Shown here: one piece after another, positions 62,757 to 63,001 of the stretch
Position numbering within the stretch: the stretch's first letter is position 1
Layout of the letters: every line of letters starts with the position of its first letter
DNA from: Candidatus Roizmanbacteria bacterium
GTDB taxonomy: Bacteria; Patescibacteriota; Microgenomatia; UBA1406
Direction: 5' to 3'
Assembly (NCBI GenBank): GCA_024654535.1
Contig: JANLHL010000045.1
Location: 1-63,001 of the forward strand
Length of the DNA: 63,001 nucleotides
Position numbers and translations under genes: made by a program
Notes under the pieces: generated by a model
Told to the model about the DNA's origin: nothing
Seen by the model: only the letters and a program-made list of their open reading frames with translations
Database searches by the model: none

Positions 62757-62897
62757 TTTCACCTTCTCTATTTCCTCCCAAGCTTGAGCTGCAAACCCAA
62801 AATAAGAGAAGGTATCATCATCAAATATGATTGTATATTTCGCAGACTAACTCCCATCTCCACTTCCCTATTCCTGAACGCATGTACCAAGGGGAGC
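62757..62897 (-). pseudogene. decayed recombinase tail plus attR-type junction
   Basis: The reverse strand reads L-PLVHAFRNREVEMGVSLRNIQSY, then after a frameshift FDDDTFSYFGFAAQAWEEIEKVK*. This is homologous both to the tail at 58885-58986 and to the tail at 51327-51455. Confidence 0.5.
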
Positions 62898-63001
62898 AAA
62901 TTAAGGTTTAGATTGTCACTAAAGTCCATAACATTATTTAATAGTTAAGTTGACACTAATATTATATTGTGAAATACTGAGAGCGAATATGGATATTAAA
63001 A

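Larger units (their letters stand above)
58980..62897. mobile_element. degraded remnant(s) of earlier integrations (recombinase bodies lost)
   Basis: Contains an 18-nt and a ~70-nt recombinase-1-type 3' fragment, a tail copy and a decayed tail. Ends at TACCAAGGGGAGC|AAATTAAGG. Confidence 0.45.

Noticed and set aside
1-63001. CRISPR arrays, rRNA genes, additional tRNAs, reverse transcriptase/retron or DGR signatures.
   Set aside because: Scanning by eye found no regularly spaced short direct repeats, no second TTCGAAT/T-loop-like cloverleaf, and no YxDD-type RT ORF. A covariance-model scan would be needed to exclude small ncRNAs.

Overview
This is a gene-dense, AT-rich bacterial window. Its gene content (DUF4012, DUF3048, DUF4446, a T4SS-pilin-like protein, many small surface proteins) reads like a Candidate Phyla Radiation / Patescibacteria chromosome. 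That assignment is by eye and is not verified. All family calls come from motifs recognised by eye; no searches or computations were run, and start codons are approximate.

Bases 1-36.7 kb are ordinary core chromosome:
- glycosyltransferases, comFC-recA, and the replication-origin neighbourhood (dnaA-dnaN with DnaA-box-like repeats)
- secDF, a SpoIID-like protein, DUF4012 and rplY
- a cell-surface beta-propeller/LCAT-like lipase fusion and a cluster-less MutY-like glycosylase
- an amino-sugar glycan cluster and a MarR-MacAB-like efflux operon

At 36841-37475 lies a tRNA-Asn(GUU) gene split in its anticodon by a 560-nt group I intron. P1, P3-P9, the P/Q/R/S core elements and a terminal G are all readable, and the intron carries an HNH endonuclease ORF.

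The 3' end of this tRNA is the attachment site for a ~25.4 kb, visibly more AT-rich stack of integrative elements (37.47-62.90 kb). Two homologous large serine recombinases drive it. Five junctions share a GAGC(C)A core that sits inside the recombinases' own 3' coding ends. I read this as tandem accretion of two intact elements plus degraded remnants.

Element cargo includes:
- an alpha/beta-hydrolase + HD-like + 1282-aa DUF4365-TPR-GreA-C-like-PIN-like operon, the best candidate for an uncharacterised defence/conflict system
- a trio of zinc-ribbon proteins ending in a membrane-tethered trypsin-like protease
- a Panacea (DUF4065) antitoxin paired with a MazF-like toxin that carries a Zn-ribbon insert
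- SpoVG, Rep-like proteins, a MazG-like protein and an ABC1 kinase
- a TrpR/YerC-regulated amino-acid module
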